Assembly: GCF_009914755.1 (NCBI RefSeq)
Contig: NC_060936.1
Length of the DNA stretch: 64,000 nucleotides
Reading direction: 5' to 3' (one strand)
Source: the human T2T-CHM13v2.0 reference genome, Homo sapiens
The position numbers and the translations under genes are program-made. The notes beneath the pieces are model-generated. The model was not told where the DNA came from and did no database searches. It was given only the letters and a program-made list of their open reading frames with translations. Below, one piece after another: positions 1-13,742 of this stretch (position 1 is the first letter of the stretch; each line of letters opens with the position of its first letter).

Positions 1-156
1 CCTGTAATCCCAACTACTCAGGAGGCTGAGACAGGGAATTGCCTGAACCTGGGAGGTGGAGTGGAGGTTGCAGTGAAAGGAGATCAGACCACTGCACTCC
101 AGCCTGGGCGACAGAGCGAGACTCAGTCTCAAAAAAAAAAAAAAAAAAAAAAAAAA
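1..156 (+). mobile_element. Alu (3' part)
   Basis: Alu right-arm consensus and poly(A) tail. Confidence 0.9.
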
Positions 157-531
157 GAAGGCAGGTTTACTCTAATTAAGTTGGAGAGTAATTTTCTCTT
201 AAGAGACACAAGGAACTACATATTCCTTCTCCAATCTCAAATCTCAGAAGCCCTCAGGAGATAAAGAAGAGAGACACTATCAAGTATTAATAATAGTCGT
301 GAAACACGGTAGGACTTGAACTCTTGGCCCAGAGCTTTGTCTATCTGACCACATCCTTCCGTAATGCTACCAACCATCCAGGGATAAAGATGACATGGCC
401 TCCAGCAGGTGTTTTTGGCAGATATGGTGAAGACCACCATCTCTTTCCCAGAACCCACTAATTGTTTTTTTACTGTTGTTTTTTCAAATAAAGCATGATT
501 TTCTTTCCCCAAGAAAACAGCATTCCCTTAA

Positions 532-948
<417 letters not shown>

Positions 949-2521
949 TGACTCTTAACTATTTAAGTGGATGAATTAACCATTTTACTAGGTTTCTATC
1001 AGGATGGAGGATGGAAGAGGATGAGGCCTGTATAAATAAGTTTGTAAGGCATATGGTGATGAGATAAAGGCAGCACAAAAAAGAGAAAGAATGAAATGCC
1101 CCAAGTGCTCCTGAAAAGAAGAGTTACAGAAACACTTCCACAAGATGAGGACTATTAGCGACAATTAGTGAAAATTACATAAGGACTACATAATTACAAA
1201 GGAACTACCCAAAAGTAACAAATCTATAGCCTCCGGTTTAGAAATCATCTACAAGTAGCATCAACAAGAAAAAGATGGAAAAAAACAATCAACTTGAATT
1301 CAACTACAGAAAGAACTTAAGACGCTATTGAGAAACCATTCCAAAACACACAACTGCAGAAAGGTTACCTTAGCTCAAGACTTGAAATGAAGAAACACAG
1401 AGAAAGTTTTTTTTGTTTCTCCAAAAGGAAACAAAATCTCTTTCTCTCAGGGTCTAAAGACATTCAAGAAGGGCCATCCCAGTAGGATGTGACGCTTTCC
1501 CGCCAGTATCCATAAACTCTTCCAAGTACAAGTAACTCAGAACAAATGCACCCCAATGTTACTGGGAAACATCATCACACCATACACAAACAAACTAAAC
1601 AGGACTGCTACCACCACACAGCTGGCAACCTGGGCCAACAGCTTCTAGCCTGGGCACCACCGGACCACTTTACCCTGCATCCTGTGGGAGGGACGGCACG
1701 GTGGTTCTCCTTGCCCTGTCTGTTCCACTATAAATGATGGATCTGGGGAATGTGAGGCCAAAATAAATAAATAAGACTGGAGAAGAAGAGATATGTACCC
1801 AATATTTAATCAACAACTTGGCTCAGAAACCCACAGGGCATTTTATAAACCAACCTCTGGGATCATAAGTTCTGAACTCAAACTCTTTAGGTCCACTCAC
1901 TGTCATTTTCAGGCTACCCGAAACTCTTCCAGACCTACTTCTGGAGTCTACTCCGTACAGTTTTATCCACTTCACTCCAGACTAACCATGAAGCAGTTTT
2001 TTTTTTCCCCTGAAAATTTCATCTTGCCATACCAAATTCAAATAACCCTGTGTCACAGATTCTAATCACTCCACAGACCCACTTCTAACACTCCACTGGA
2101 CTATTTGGGATAGGAACTCCATTCTAAACTCAGCTCTGCTTGTTCCAGACACAGGAAAGCAATTCCATAAGGACTATATTGGCATTTAGGGTCTTTGTGT
2201 CCCAAAGCAGAATAAAGATTTCCCCTTTGGACACAAGGCAACACTATTCAGTGGCTTCACCTGAGCATTTCATATTTCATTCCTGATGAGCATTAGTAGG
2301 AATGGAAAGTGATGGGGGATAGCGCCAACTTTTTACACAAAAACTTCCTGACCCTCAAGAGATAATAGAAAAAAACTGATTTCTCTCCACAACAATCTCA
2401 GCATTACAATTGCTATTACTTTAAGTATTCTATCACATTGTGAAACACACACACGCCCCATTTGGTTGTGACCCCTTCTCCCCCAAAACCAGAAAAGCCA
2501 TTAACCCAAAAATCATCTTAC

Positions 2522-2581
2522 CCTCTCTCTCTCTTCCTCCTGCCGTCTTATTCCTTCTCCTTTCCAGGGCTCCTGAACTTT
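2522..2581 (-). other. ZNF384: ZNF384 non-coding 5'-UTR exon (60 nt); coding exons lie left of the window
   Basis: Minus-strand acceptor TTTGTTTACAG| at 2582 and donor |GTAAGA at 2521. The exon sequence AAAGTTCAGGAGCCCTGG...GAGAGAGG matches my recollection of the ZNF384 5'UTR. Position next to PIANP fits. Confidence 0.75.
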
Positions 2582-3299
2582 CTGTAAACAAATTGTCTAG
2601 GTTACAGGGGCCAGGCAGGGTGCAGCCACCAGAGAACTGTGGAGAACCTCAGGAATTATTTGTCAGCAGTCAGTCTGGAAGGCAGGCAGACCCCCCAGCC
2701 AGCAATCCAAAGACGGGTGGATATAATAACAGCAGTCTAGTGCTACCCTCTACGTGGATACAAGAGAAATAAATCCAATTCCCAGAAACTAAGACGAATT
2801 CTATCACCAGCGTTTGGGTTTCACTCCTAGGCTCAGAGACTGGTCCTTGTTCGTTCCCAGGCCACAGGTAACCAGGGGTCAGAGAACATTAGAGATGGAG
2901 GAGGAGGAGGGTCTGTGCCCCTGAGGAGTGGCTTCAGAAGGCAAAGCTGAGGGCTGGGGGATGCACAAGACCTTGTGGCAGGCACAGTGCCAGTTCAGGC
3001 CCAGCCACTTCCTCTAGCCTTCCCCCCACTTCTTCGAGGACTTCGCCCCCTGCCTACCCGAGGCCTTGTGCCAAGAAGTACCTCCCTCAGCCTGCACCGT
3101 GGTCTATCTACTGGAGACCCCAGCTGTCCCCTCAAAACCTTCGCTCCCCTGAGACAGTTCCTGGGAGCCTTCTCCTGATGTCGTCCCCTACCCCTTTCTC
3201 AAAGACCCTTCCTTGGGACGTCCCTCCTTCCCCTCCAGGGAGCTGAACTCTGCCACCCACCAGACAGGCACCCGCCCCCTAAACCCCCCCATTCCTTCC

Positions 3300-4160
3300 C
3301 ATCGCCCGCTCCTCCACAACCACTTCCGGTTCCGGGACGGACACACACACAGTCACATCGTGGACCCCCCCTTCCCCGCCTGCCCAAGGAAAAGGGGAGG
3401 GGGGAGGAGCAAGCAGCTTGGCGCGCGCCGGCTGTAGCGGCGCGAGACTCACCGGGCGGCGACGGCTGCGGCGGCGCCAGAGCCTGAGCCAGGGCGCGGG
3501 AGGGGCGGCGTTTGCTGGGAAAGGAGGGAGCCGAGGAGGGTGGGAGGACCAGGAAGGGGCGAGGGAGGGGAAAAAGCGCAAGGCGCAGCGCGCGGGCACG
3601 CACTTCTGGAGCGAGACAGACCCACACACTCACACGCACGGAACGCGCGCGAGACACCCGCAGGGCGGGGGCGCGAGGTAGTGGGTGGCCCCCCCTCCTT
3701 GCTGCCCTCCCCTTGCACTCACCCGGAAGTGGTGCTGCAGCTCGTGCTCCCGCGAACCCCAGTTCCTCCACGCCCCCCTCCCTCCCCCCAACAGGCTCAG
3801 AGAAGAGCTCTGCGGAGAGAAGGCGGGAGCGCCGGAAACGAAAAGGGGGGAGGGAGGGAAATAGCAATGTAGGGGGGGCGCTAATGGAGAAAGAGGGGCG
3901 TGCAGAAGCCGAGTCACTTCCGGGAGTGGCTGGAACACTTCCGGCGCCGCTAGCGCTGCGAGATATTCAGGGCAGAAGTTACGATAACTCGGGGCGGAAA
4001 TAGCTTCTGCCCAGCGACTGGGAAGAGGGGATGTGACGCTATAGCGGAAGTGAAGGCGGGTTCCGCTAGGGGCAAAAGCTGAAACCGGAGGACTCCGGCC
4101 CTGAGCTTCCGGAAGGGACATCTGGGGAAGGTGGGGGGGTGGAAACGCGACAGGTTCATG
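3300..4160 (-). promoter_or_regulatory. ZNF384: ZNF384 CpG-island promoter with alternative first exons
   Basis: CpG-dense and TATA-less. Minus-strand GTGAGT donors give exon ends at 3453 and 3723. ETS motifs at 3321, 3723, 3915, 3936, 4044 and 4106. Confidence 0.8.
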
Positions 4161-4949
4161 AATTATCCATCAAGGTAGGAGAGGAGGTGTGGGTTCTTCA
4201 GATGCTGGGACCCCGTTTCTCTTCCCTCTGGATGTTGAATAAGCTGATGTAGGAAATTACCATTATTTTTTCTGATACCCCCAAGAATGTCTCAATGCTT
4301 TGAATATGCGGGAAAGGACTAGGACGTATCCTTGTTTTTCGGAGGTCCCTACTTAGGTCCAGTTAGAAACTCTCCCAGCCATCAAAATCTGTCTCTCTGA
4401 CACATCCCTTACTTTACTTTGGTCTTTTCTTGTTGCCCATACCCACATCTCTATCCCCTTACCCTGTTTTACTTAAATATAGCACTTATTACTGCCTGAT
4501 TTATTGTTTGCTGTCCACCTCTCCCAACTAAAATATTGGCTACAGGACAGCGAGGACTGAATTGTTCGTTGCTGTATCCTCATATCCTGGCAGTTAAGTG
4601 GTCTGTAAACTCTTGTTGTATAAATGAACTATAGTTCATTATGAACACCTAAATATGAACCCTTTTAGGAAGCCTTGCCTGATTGCTCCAACCTGTAATG
4701 GTCCCTCTGAATTCCCATAGTATTTAATACGTACCTTTTATTGATATTTTAACTATTTCATACATGTGATTCCCCAGCAAGATTGTCAGTTCCTCATGGA
4801 AGGAAATACGTTGCTTTGCTGAGCATATAGTAAATGCTGAATATGTTGTTTGAACAAGTGAATGCTGTTACAAGCGTGCACCCCGACCTGGCCAGAATCC
4901 CCCTGGGCTCAGCTCTAAGCAGAACTGAGGTCTCTCCTACTAATGGTAA

Positions 4950-5343
<394 letters not shown>

Positions 5344-5694
5344 TAAGTGATTTTTTCCCCCAAGGTCAAAGCAAGAAAGTAACAAAGTACGCCTTTAAAT
5401 ATTTAAATAGATGATGCATTTCATTGTAATTGTAGTTTGTATCTTTTTTAAAGTGTCTGTTCCCTTTATCACATTTTTGGGCTCAGCACTCAGTCTCTGT
5501 TGACTGAGTAGCAACAGTTGGCAGAGTAAGGATTTTAAGGGCTCAGATGTGACCAGACCTATTGCTGTGTGGGTTAGAGATTGCTGATTCAAGAAACCTT
5601 GACATCAGGGGCTGGTATTGAAAGGTGGGAACAGGAAATAGTAATAATAGCTATACGTTCTGGTTCTCCTCCTGCTCTTTTCCTATTTATGTTA

Positions 5695-5868
<174 letters not shown>

Positions 5869-8159
5869 CTAAACTCCATCTCAAAAAAAAAAAAAAGAAG
5901 TTTCAAGTGCTTTGAACTCCTTAGGGAAAAGCTTTAGAACAATAAATGTGGGGCGTAGGGGGAGGAGGGCTGTTAATTTTAGCCTGGGGTTCTCCAGCTG
6001 GCATACTGTTTCCATCTTGAATCACTTCCACACCCTAAGCTGTGCCTGGGAGATCCCTCCCTCCTCCTGGGGGCTTCCCCATTCCCTGGTTTGGTCTAAG
6101 CCGCAGTGGCAAGCATTCCAGAAAAATGCTAAGAGAAGCCTGGCTGAGTCATTTGATGCACAGCTCAGGAGGCAAAGAAAGGATGGTGATGAGACGCTGG
6201 TTCCAGTGGTGGCTGTGATGTGTGACCTCGAAGAACCTTCCAGTTCCCAAAAGGACAGCATGGCCATTGTTTTTTTCTTGGCTAGTGACTCTGCTGCAGC
6301 TTTCTGAGGACCTCTCAAAGCCCCACAGTCTCTGTTTCAACTACAGGAGAGAAAAGTTAGGGCTTGCTCCCCAGGGCCTTACGACTCTTCATGGCTAACG
6401 TGACAGTGCAGTATCATTTGGGAGAATTTTTTTAGTACAGTTCAGAGTCTGGAACAGTCTCCTTCCTCCTCTGTCTTTCCTGCCTTCTGACTTTCCATGG
6501 GGAAAGGAGGACATTTAGGAAGAGGGAACAGGTGAGGATTTCCAGTACCTTGCTGGTGTATTTTAATTTATTTAAATTTAGAGAAACAGTGGTCTAATCA
6601 GGCAGTAATTAATTCCCTCTTCATTAGGGGCCTTCATGTTTGCCTTTTGCATATGGATGAGCCACGGGTCACACTGTCCCTTTGAAGAGAGATCCTTGCT
6701 GAAGGTGAGAGCCCAGTGTGCTCTCCGGCACTTGAGCTCCTTCCCCTTCTGTGCCAATGCTTCTCTTTTCTCCCCACCCTCACCTGACAAGGACTAGATT
6801 CCTGTGGGGAAAGAAGGAAAGGTTAATGAAGCTTCCTATCCCACCCTCCTTGGATCTGGATCCCTCCCTCACGGCCCACAGTGTATACCATCCATGCCTC
6901 ATCCTGTACCCTCAGGTTTTATCCAGCCCGCTCTCCCATCAGCCACCTGCTGGGATATCTTCATGCCCCCAGTGAGTTGACTCCTCAGAAGCTTGTTTGC
7001 CGGGCACCTCTGCTTTGAGTTGGTTCATCAATCCTTGGCCCAGCTCTGCTTCTTTCCCTTGTAGCAGTCCTTTTCTTAGGGAGTGTGACGCCCTGAATGC
7101 ACACACTGCTCTAATCCTGAGAAATACACTGCCTCTTCCTGGCACTCAGCATTATGTGCTGCACAGGCTCAGCCACACTTCCCTCAGCTCACAGTAAAGC
7201 TCCCAACACCTAAAGCACACACCTACCAACACACAGACATTCCTAACCTAGCTTGAAAGATAAATGCATGGGGGCATATCCAGTCCAGAGCAGCCCAGGC
7301 CACCCTTTTGTACACTACATCATCCCTATCCTCCCTGGGGCCACCGCATTTCCAGGGAGCAAGTGGGGCACAGATTGGGGGAGGGGGGATAGATGGGACC
7401 TGGGTGGTTACCATAGCAATAGAGCCTAGCAACAGCTGAGAGGCTGATGTGTGGGTTTTCACAGGGCTGTTACAAGAGCCAAACCTAGAAATTGGGGACT
7501 GAGAGGTGACTGATCCCAGCTGGGCAGCCTGCATTCCCTCCCCAAAAACACCCCTTGATCCCACCCCCACACCCCTGCAGTGCCTCTCTCTGAGAGGGCA
7601 GAGTAGGGAAAGCTAACGAGTTAACCACAGGGCTTCTGATTCTGCACAGCTTTTGGGGGGCAGCTGTGGGTGGGGGCAGGTTAGGGAGCAAAGCTGAAAA
7701 TAAACCAAGCAGGGCAGCTTCTTTCGGATGGCTGGCTCCCTCTCATCTTTTCTCCATTGCTCCATTTTTCTCTTCTCCTTTCCCCCTTCTCCCTCCGTCT
7801 GTCTTATCAGGTCTCTCTTCCGCCTTGATCCACCTCCTATCCTTCCATGTAACTTTCCTTTTCTTCTGTCTCCCTTTTTTTGGTCTCTCTTGACCCTCCC
7901 TGGCAAGGAATAAGTGAGCCACGATTTCTATTCTAGTTTCTCTCTTGTACCACTGCTCCTCGTCAGGATGGCTCCCTTCCATTTTGTCCCAAGTTAAAGC
8001 CCCAGTTGGCCCCCAGCTCCAGGTCAGAGGAGGGCAGGTGACTTAGGTCTAGAGGGGGTCCCCACCTCATCCTGTGCCTCCTCCTAGCTGCCCACCCCTC
8101 TCCTCCTCTCTACGGGGGTCAGAAGGCAGAACCAGGGGACTCGAGTATCTTGCAAAGGC

Positions 8160-8165
8160 TTTATT
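8160..8165 (-). terminator. PIANP: PIANP poly(A) signal AATAAA
   Basis: tttatt on the + strand, about 1.2 kb beyond the PIANP stop, in an AT-rich patch. Confidence 0.75.
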
Positions 8166-9390
8166 TGAAAATTTTGAAACTTACATCCCACAGTAATTCA
8201 AGATGATCACCACAAGAAGAAGAAAGAGATAATACAAAAATATATATCACAGCCTAGGAGCCAGGGAAGAAGGGAAGGAGGAAGGTGGAAAAACCAGTGA
8301 GAAGGAGGGAAGAACCTGAGGAGGGGGAAAGGGCAGGGAAGCAAAAGGAAGGAGAGTGGAAGGAAGGAGGGAGGAAAGGAGGGGACAGGAGGGAGTCCGG
8401 GAAGGGAAGGGTAGACTTGGAGGCAGAGCTCCCGATGGCCTTGAACCAGCTGACTCCGGTCCCTGGCAGCCTAGGTGGAGTTAGGGAGGCCCAAAGGGAG
8501 GCTGGGAAGGGAGGACTGGCTCAGGGGGCTCTGAAGTCCAGAGAATGGCACACACACAGACAGCCAGGACAGACAAGACAAAAGGGACTGTAGGAGAAAG
8601 GGAAGGGCAAATGGGAGTCCCTTTCTCATGTAGTGCAGCAGGCGACTCCCCAAAACCCATCTGTCAGAAAACAGATTTTAGCAGTGGGCTGGGGGTGAAG
8701 TCTGGGGCCTCACTACCCCATTCCCAAGGGGGAGCCCTCAGGGTGATGCCGGCATCCTTGGAGTAGGATGGGGAGACAGAGAAACAAATGGTGTGGAATG
8801 GGACGAGACCATGACCGATGAGGGCCCAAGGAGCCCCCAGCTCACCTCCCACCCACCTCTGGAGCAGCACGCAGGGGCTGCGGAAACGAGGTGGGTGGGT
8901 GTTCATGAGGGAGAGAGTGAGCACGCCGCACACCACCACAACATCAGGCCGGGAAACGCACATGAGAGGTAAAGTGTGCAGGAAACGCTGACCACTGAGT
9001 GAGCTGAGCACAGAATGTGGGAAGGAGAGAGTGCAAATGTGAGACGAGAGAACATGAGAGTCAGCTGAGCGGAGCGGTATGGACGGGGAGAGGGTGCAGG
9101 AGCGTGTGCAAATGGCCTGTGAAGGTGGAGGTGAGTGTGCAAGGCTTTCATGTGAGTGCACAAGGGTGGGGACAGGGACCCGAAGTCACAGATATGTGAG
9201 GCCCCCACCTGCAGGAGGGCGAGCAGATAGGATTGCCCGTGGGGCTGGGGAGTGTTCCGGGTGGTGTGCAAGGGGCAGGAGCCAGGAGCCCCTGTGGCCC
9301 CAGCTCCCCACAGCTGCCCCACCCTCAGTGGGATGGGGGCTGTGCCGGCCCCTTGGCCTCCTGCTTGGCTGCACCCCAACATTGGGGGCA

Positions 9391-9412
9391 TCACAGATTC
9401 ACCAGGGGAATC
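9391..9412 (-). CDS. PIANP: PIANP last coding exon (R|IPLVNL*), followed by 3'UTR to about 8140
   Basis: Acceptor CTCTCAG|G ATT CCC CTG GTG AAT CTG TGA. Completes the 849-nt CDS (282 aa). Confidence 0.9.
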
Positions 9413-9784
9413 CTGAGAGGAAGAGGGAAAGGGCACAGTCAGGAACCAAGGGGTAGGCCAGAATAGAAGGGGAAGTTCAAGACAAAGAGGGGGAATCAAG
9501 GTTAAGAGGGCAGAGTTGTCTTAGACAAGGTGGCATGAGAAAAAACCAAAGAGGGCAGAGTTGGAGTTATGGGCAGCAGAGAATAGGACACAGATCCTGA
9601 GAGACTGGGAGAAGGAAGGGTGCCTCCCAGAGAGGAGCTGGTCCAGCCCCCTTGGGAGGGCCAGGGGCTGTGGGAGGCCACGCCTGCCTCCTCACTACCC
9701 ATCCAGAGGGCACCCCCACCCCAGCTCTGAAGACCTAAGTTGCCTTCCCTCTTTGCCCTCCCATCCCATTGCCCCTGCCCTCAC

Positions 9785-10006
9785 CGGTTCAACTGGAAGG
9801 CTGGAGCCCCCTTGGGGTGGGGCATCCCAGGCCGGGGTCCCCCTCGGGGCTCCTCATGGTCAGGGGTGGGGGTAGGTGAGTCCCCGAAGGCCCCCAGCAC
9901 AGTGACTCCAGCCGGGGACAGGTCTGTCAGTGGCTGCTGGCTCTCCTCCTGCCTCAGGGCACCTTGCTGCCCTGAGGGTCTGCGTCGCTTCTGGCTGCGG
10001 TCCCAG
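9785..10006 (-). CDS. PIANP: PIANP coding exon 4 (cytoplasmic domain CWDRSQKRRR...FQLNR)
   Basis: CAG acceptor and GTGAGG donor; 222 nt; phase consistent with neighbouring exons. Confidence 0.93.
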
Positions 10007-10797
10007 CTGGGGTACCAGAGGAAAAGAGGTTCTCTTGCACACTCAAGTAGCCCCCATCCTGGGCCTGCACCAGTGGTCACCCCCAGCCTCGCCCAGTCAC
10101 TCCCAACATCTTATAGCAGAGAAACTGGCCTTTAACAGTTCTCTCTACTAAATCCCCTGGGACTCTGTGCCCATAAAGCCACTTCCCCTGCCCTCTAGGG
10201 GAGCTTGGTAATCTAAACCTCCTTACCCTCCAAACCTGATCCAGATCGACAAAATTAATATCCCCTCCCCACCACCACAATGTCCTCTCCCCTACATGCC
10301 CAGAAGAGTCATTTCTGTCTTCAGCAGACAACTGGCAGGTTTAGTTCTAGTTCAAAGCAAGCTGATGACTTGGACACCTGAGTCTAATGATTCTCTCAGT
10401 AAAGTGTGAAGGACTGAGTGATCCATTATTAAATGTGTGCAAAGAAAGCTCCAGGTTTTCTTGCTCCCCCCAGGCAACCCTAAGAAGGGCTCTGCAGACT
10501 GGGTCAGCTTTCTCTGTCTTGGAGGAAGTAGGGGCAGGGGAGGCTCACCAGGAATGCACAGGAATAATTCCCCTGCCCTCCCTTATCCTTGTATTTCCCT
10601 GGGAGACAGAATCTGCCCTGATTTCTCACCGTCTTCCCCCAGCCAAATCCTTAATTATCTTTTCCCAAGGTCTTGCCTTCATCCAGCATTTCCCACCCAC
10701 CCCCCAGCAAAATTGCTGCCACTGCCCCTCGTGGTTAGAGCCTCGACTGCCAAACATTCCGTCCCCATCCACCAGCACCTTCCTCCTCCCAGCTTAC

Positions 10798-10879
10798 CAG
10801 AACTTGAAGATGATGCCAGTGGCCACGAGAACAATGATGATGGAGATGGTAATTGTGACATAGAGCTGGGGGTCCACAC
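10798..10879 (-). CDS. PIANP: PIANP coding exon 3 (transmembrane helix LYVTITISIIIVLVATGIIF)
   Basis: CAG and GTAAG boundaries; 82 nt; hydrophobic transmembrane segment. Confidence 0.93.
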
Positions 10880-11641
10880 CTGATTGGGGTGGGAAGAAAG
10901 TTTTAGGGAGCCCCGAGGTGGTAGGAGCCAAGAGGGGCTGGGGGCTGGGCTGTGGGCTCTGTCGGCTGGAGTGGCATTGCTGTGTGGATCCACACTGCCG
11001 GCTCTGTCTGCCCCTCTGGAGCCTCACTCTTTATTATCACCAGCATTCCCCTGAGTTTTCAGCTCTTTTCCTCCACTTTCCCAAATGTATTTCACCAAAT
11101 CTTATGTGTATATGTGATGAGGATGAGGCCCCATGATCAGCGAGAACCTATCACTATGCCTGGAAACTAAGGGGTGGAGATGTCCTAGTCTCTGCCATGG
11201 CCCAACTCCCAAACCACAGGCCCTGTTCCTCCATCAGCACTCCCTGAGCCAAGACATCTCCCGGGTAGTGCCCTTCATTCATGGCATTCTCTGCCCAGAA
11301 TACTCCCACTCTCTTTTCAAGGGCCAGCTCAAATGTCAGTTCTCTGAAGGTGTCCTGATCCCCAAGCAGGAGGAGACTCTCACTTCTCTTTTTTTGTAAA
11401 TCATGCTGCACATGCCTCTATTAAAGCATTTATTACGATGACTCCTCTCCAAGTCCTTTCATGTCTGTCTGCTCCAGTGGACCTGAACTCCGAGAGGGTG
11501 TCTTTATCTCTGCATCCTGTGCCAGTATAGTGCCTGACACATTTGTTGAAGGAGCTAACAGACAAGGCCTCTATTTCTGCCCCTTGGTGTCTTCACCCAG
11601 CCTCCCCATCCGTCATATCCCTCCCAGCCTTTCCCACTCAC

Positions 11642-12147
11642 CTTCCCCACGGCCCCCGAACAGGAATGGCCGCAGGGTGGCAGGTGCCTCTCCAAGGATA
11701 AGCCCATCTCCATCACCTCGCATGGAGTCTGAGTTGGGGTGTGGGGTTGCGAGCCCATGAGGGGCTGCAAAACCATAGTCCAGAAATCCGGGATTGGCAG
11801 AGTTGGGGTCCCCTCCATCCTCTCGAGACACGGTGGGACCCCACACGATAGCCCAGGGGTATTGGGATGAGGGCGGCCCCTCCTCAAAGCCTGATGGGGT
11901 GGCTGGGGGTGCAGTGCCAGGCAGGACTTGCCGACGTGATCTTGGGACCCGAGGAGATCGGCTTGGTGGAGGTGCTCGCTCCCACACGCACACATGACGT
12001 GGGGCCGAGGGGCCTCCCCTGGCACACGGGGGGCGGGCTGGGGCTGGTGGGGTTCGAGGGGAGGATGAAGAGCCCTGAGCAGGCGGTGGGAGGGGCAGCA
12101 ACAGCAGTGGCCAGAGAGGGAGGAGGTGGGACAGCAGCAGCGCAGGC
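11642..12147 (-). CDS. PIANP: PIANP coding exon 2 (signal peptide, Pro-rich propeptide, furin-type RSRR site, ectodomain YPWAIVWGPT)
   Basis: TTGCAG acceptor and GTGAGT donor; 506 nt. The translation matches PILRA-associated neural protein (C12orf53). Confidence 0.95.
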
Positions 12148-12399
12148 CTGCAAGAAGGGAGAGAGCGTGGCTGAGACACAGGCCTACTGTGGGCCTATGT
12201 GAGGGAGGGACAGGTTCACACCAGAAACCTCCAGGTTTCCCTGTGAAAGCAGGTGGGCCTTGGGAAGACTCGCCTCATTTCCCATCTTCCAAAGGAGGAT
12301 GGCCCTCAGGATGGGAAGGCTCTGGATGGGTCTAGGAAGGAAGGAGTCATGGCCCCAGGGAATGTGGTCTCCAGGCTCCCTCTGCTGGGCCAAACTTAC

Positions 12400-12416
12400 C
12401 ACATCCTGGACTCCAT
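12400..12416 (-). CDS. PIANP: PIANP first coding segment MESRMW (exon 12400-12459)
   Basis: GACATGG strong Kozak context; GTAAGT donor at 12399; acceptor TTTTCTCCCAG at 12460. Confidence 0.9.
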
Positions 12417-13316
12417 GTCTGAGGTCTTCCTCAGCTGTGACCCAGATTTTCAGCCTTTACTGGGAGAAAAAGGGGGCCGTCACACCCCAGCCCTGCCCTG
12501 TGTACTTCCCCAGCTAATTCATCCACCAATTCTACCCGCATCTGCCCTCCCAGGCCACCCAGCTGCCAGCTATGCGGCTGCACCCAGGATTCACTGGTTG
12601 TTAGCATCCTTTTGGGGGAAAAACTCCAGCGTGGTTGCCTGACCAGACTCCAGCCCCATCTACAACTTCTCAGGTCCCTGTTACCTCTCCACCCCAGGGT
12701 CTACTCTGGCTTCTCTGATTTCCCTTCTTCTCACTTCCTCTGCCCACAGCTCCAGGCTTTTCTTGGATCTTAATTTAGAGCCAAGAACCTTGTGATTCCT
12801 TGAGCACCTACCGCTAGGGAGGGAGTCTGAGGGTAGGGGGAGGGATGGGGAAGTCAATCTGAGCAAGCCAGTGAGTGTGTGTACGTGCAGGGGGGCCCTT
12901 CCAGCCCTCCCAGCCCTCCCACCCCTCTGGCAGTGCCAGGCATTTGTCTTATGATTAGCCCCAGGAGTCTGCATCTTCAGGAGAAAGGAATGAAGAGCTG
13001 GAGGGATGGAAGGAAAGAGACAGAAAGAGAGAGGTGAGTGGGAGAAAAACTACAGAATATAATTTTTGCTCTTAATGTTTAATCATCCAAGTGCATAGGT
13101 GCCCTCTGAAGGGAGGTGGAGTCAGGAAGAAACCACCCCCTCAAATGTGGCTCTCCTGGGTAAAGAATCCTGGGAAAATCGGGATGGTTGGTTTTGAAAG
13201 AGAAAGGGTGTGTTCTCAGAGCTGAGGGTGGTGGATCCAGGAGGGGCAGGCTCCCCAGAGGGAGTGAAGATAGGATACCCGTTTCCTGTGGATTCTGGGT
13301 CTAAATCTGCCCAATG

Positions 13317-13742
<426 letters not shown>

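Noticed and set aside
1650-1670. REST/RE1-like gcaccaccggacca
   Set aside because: Wrong half-site spacing and poor flanks.
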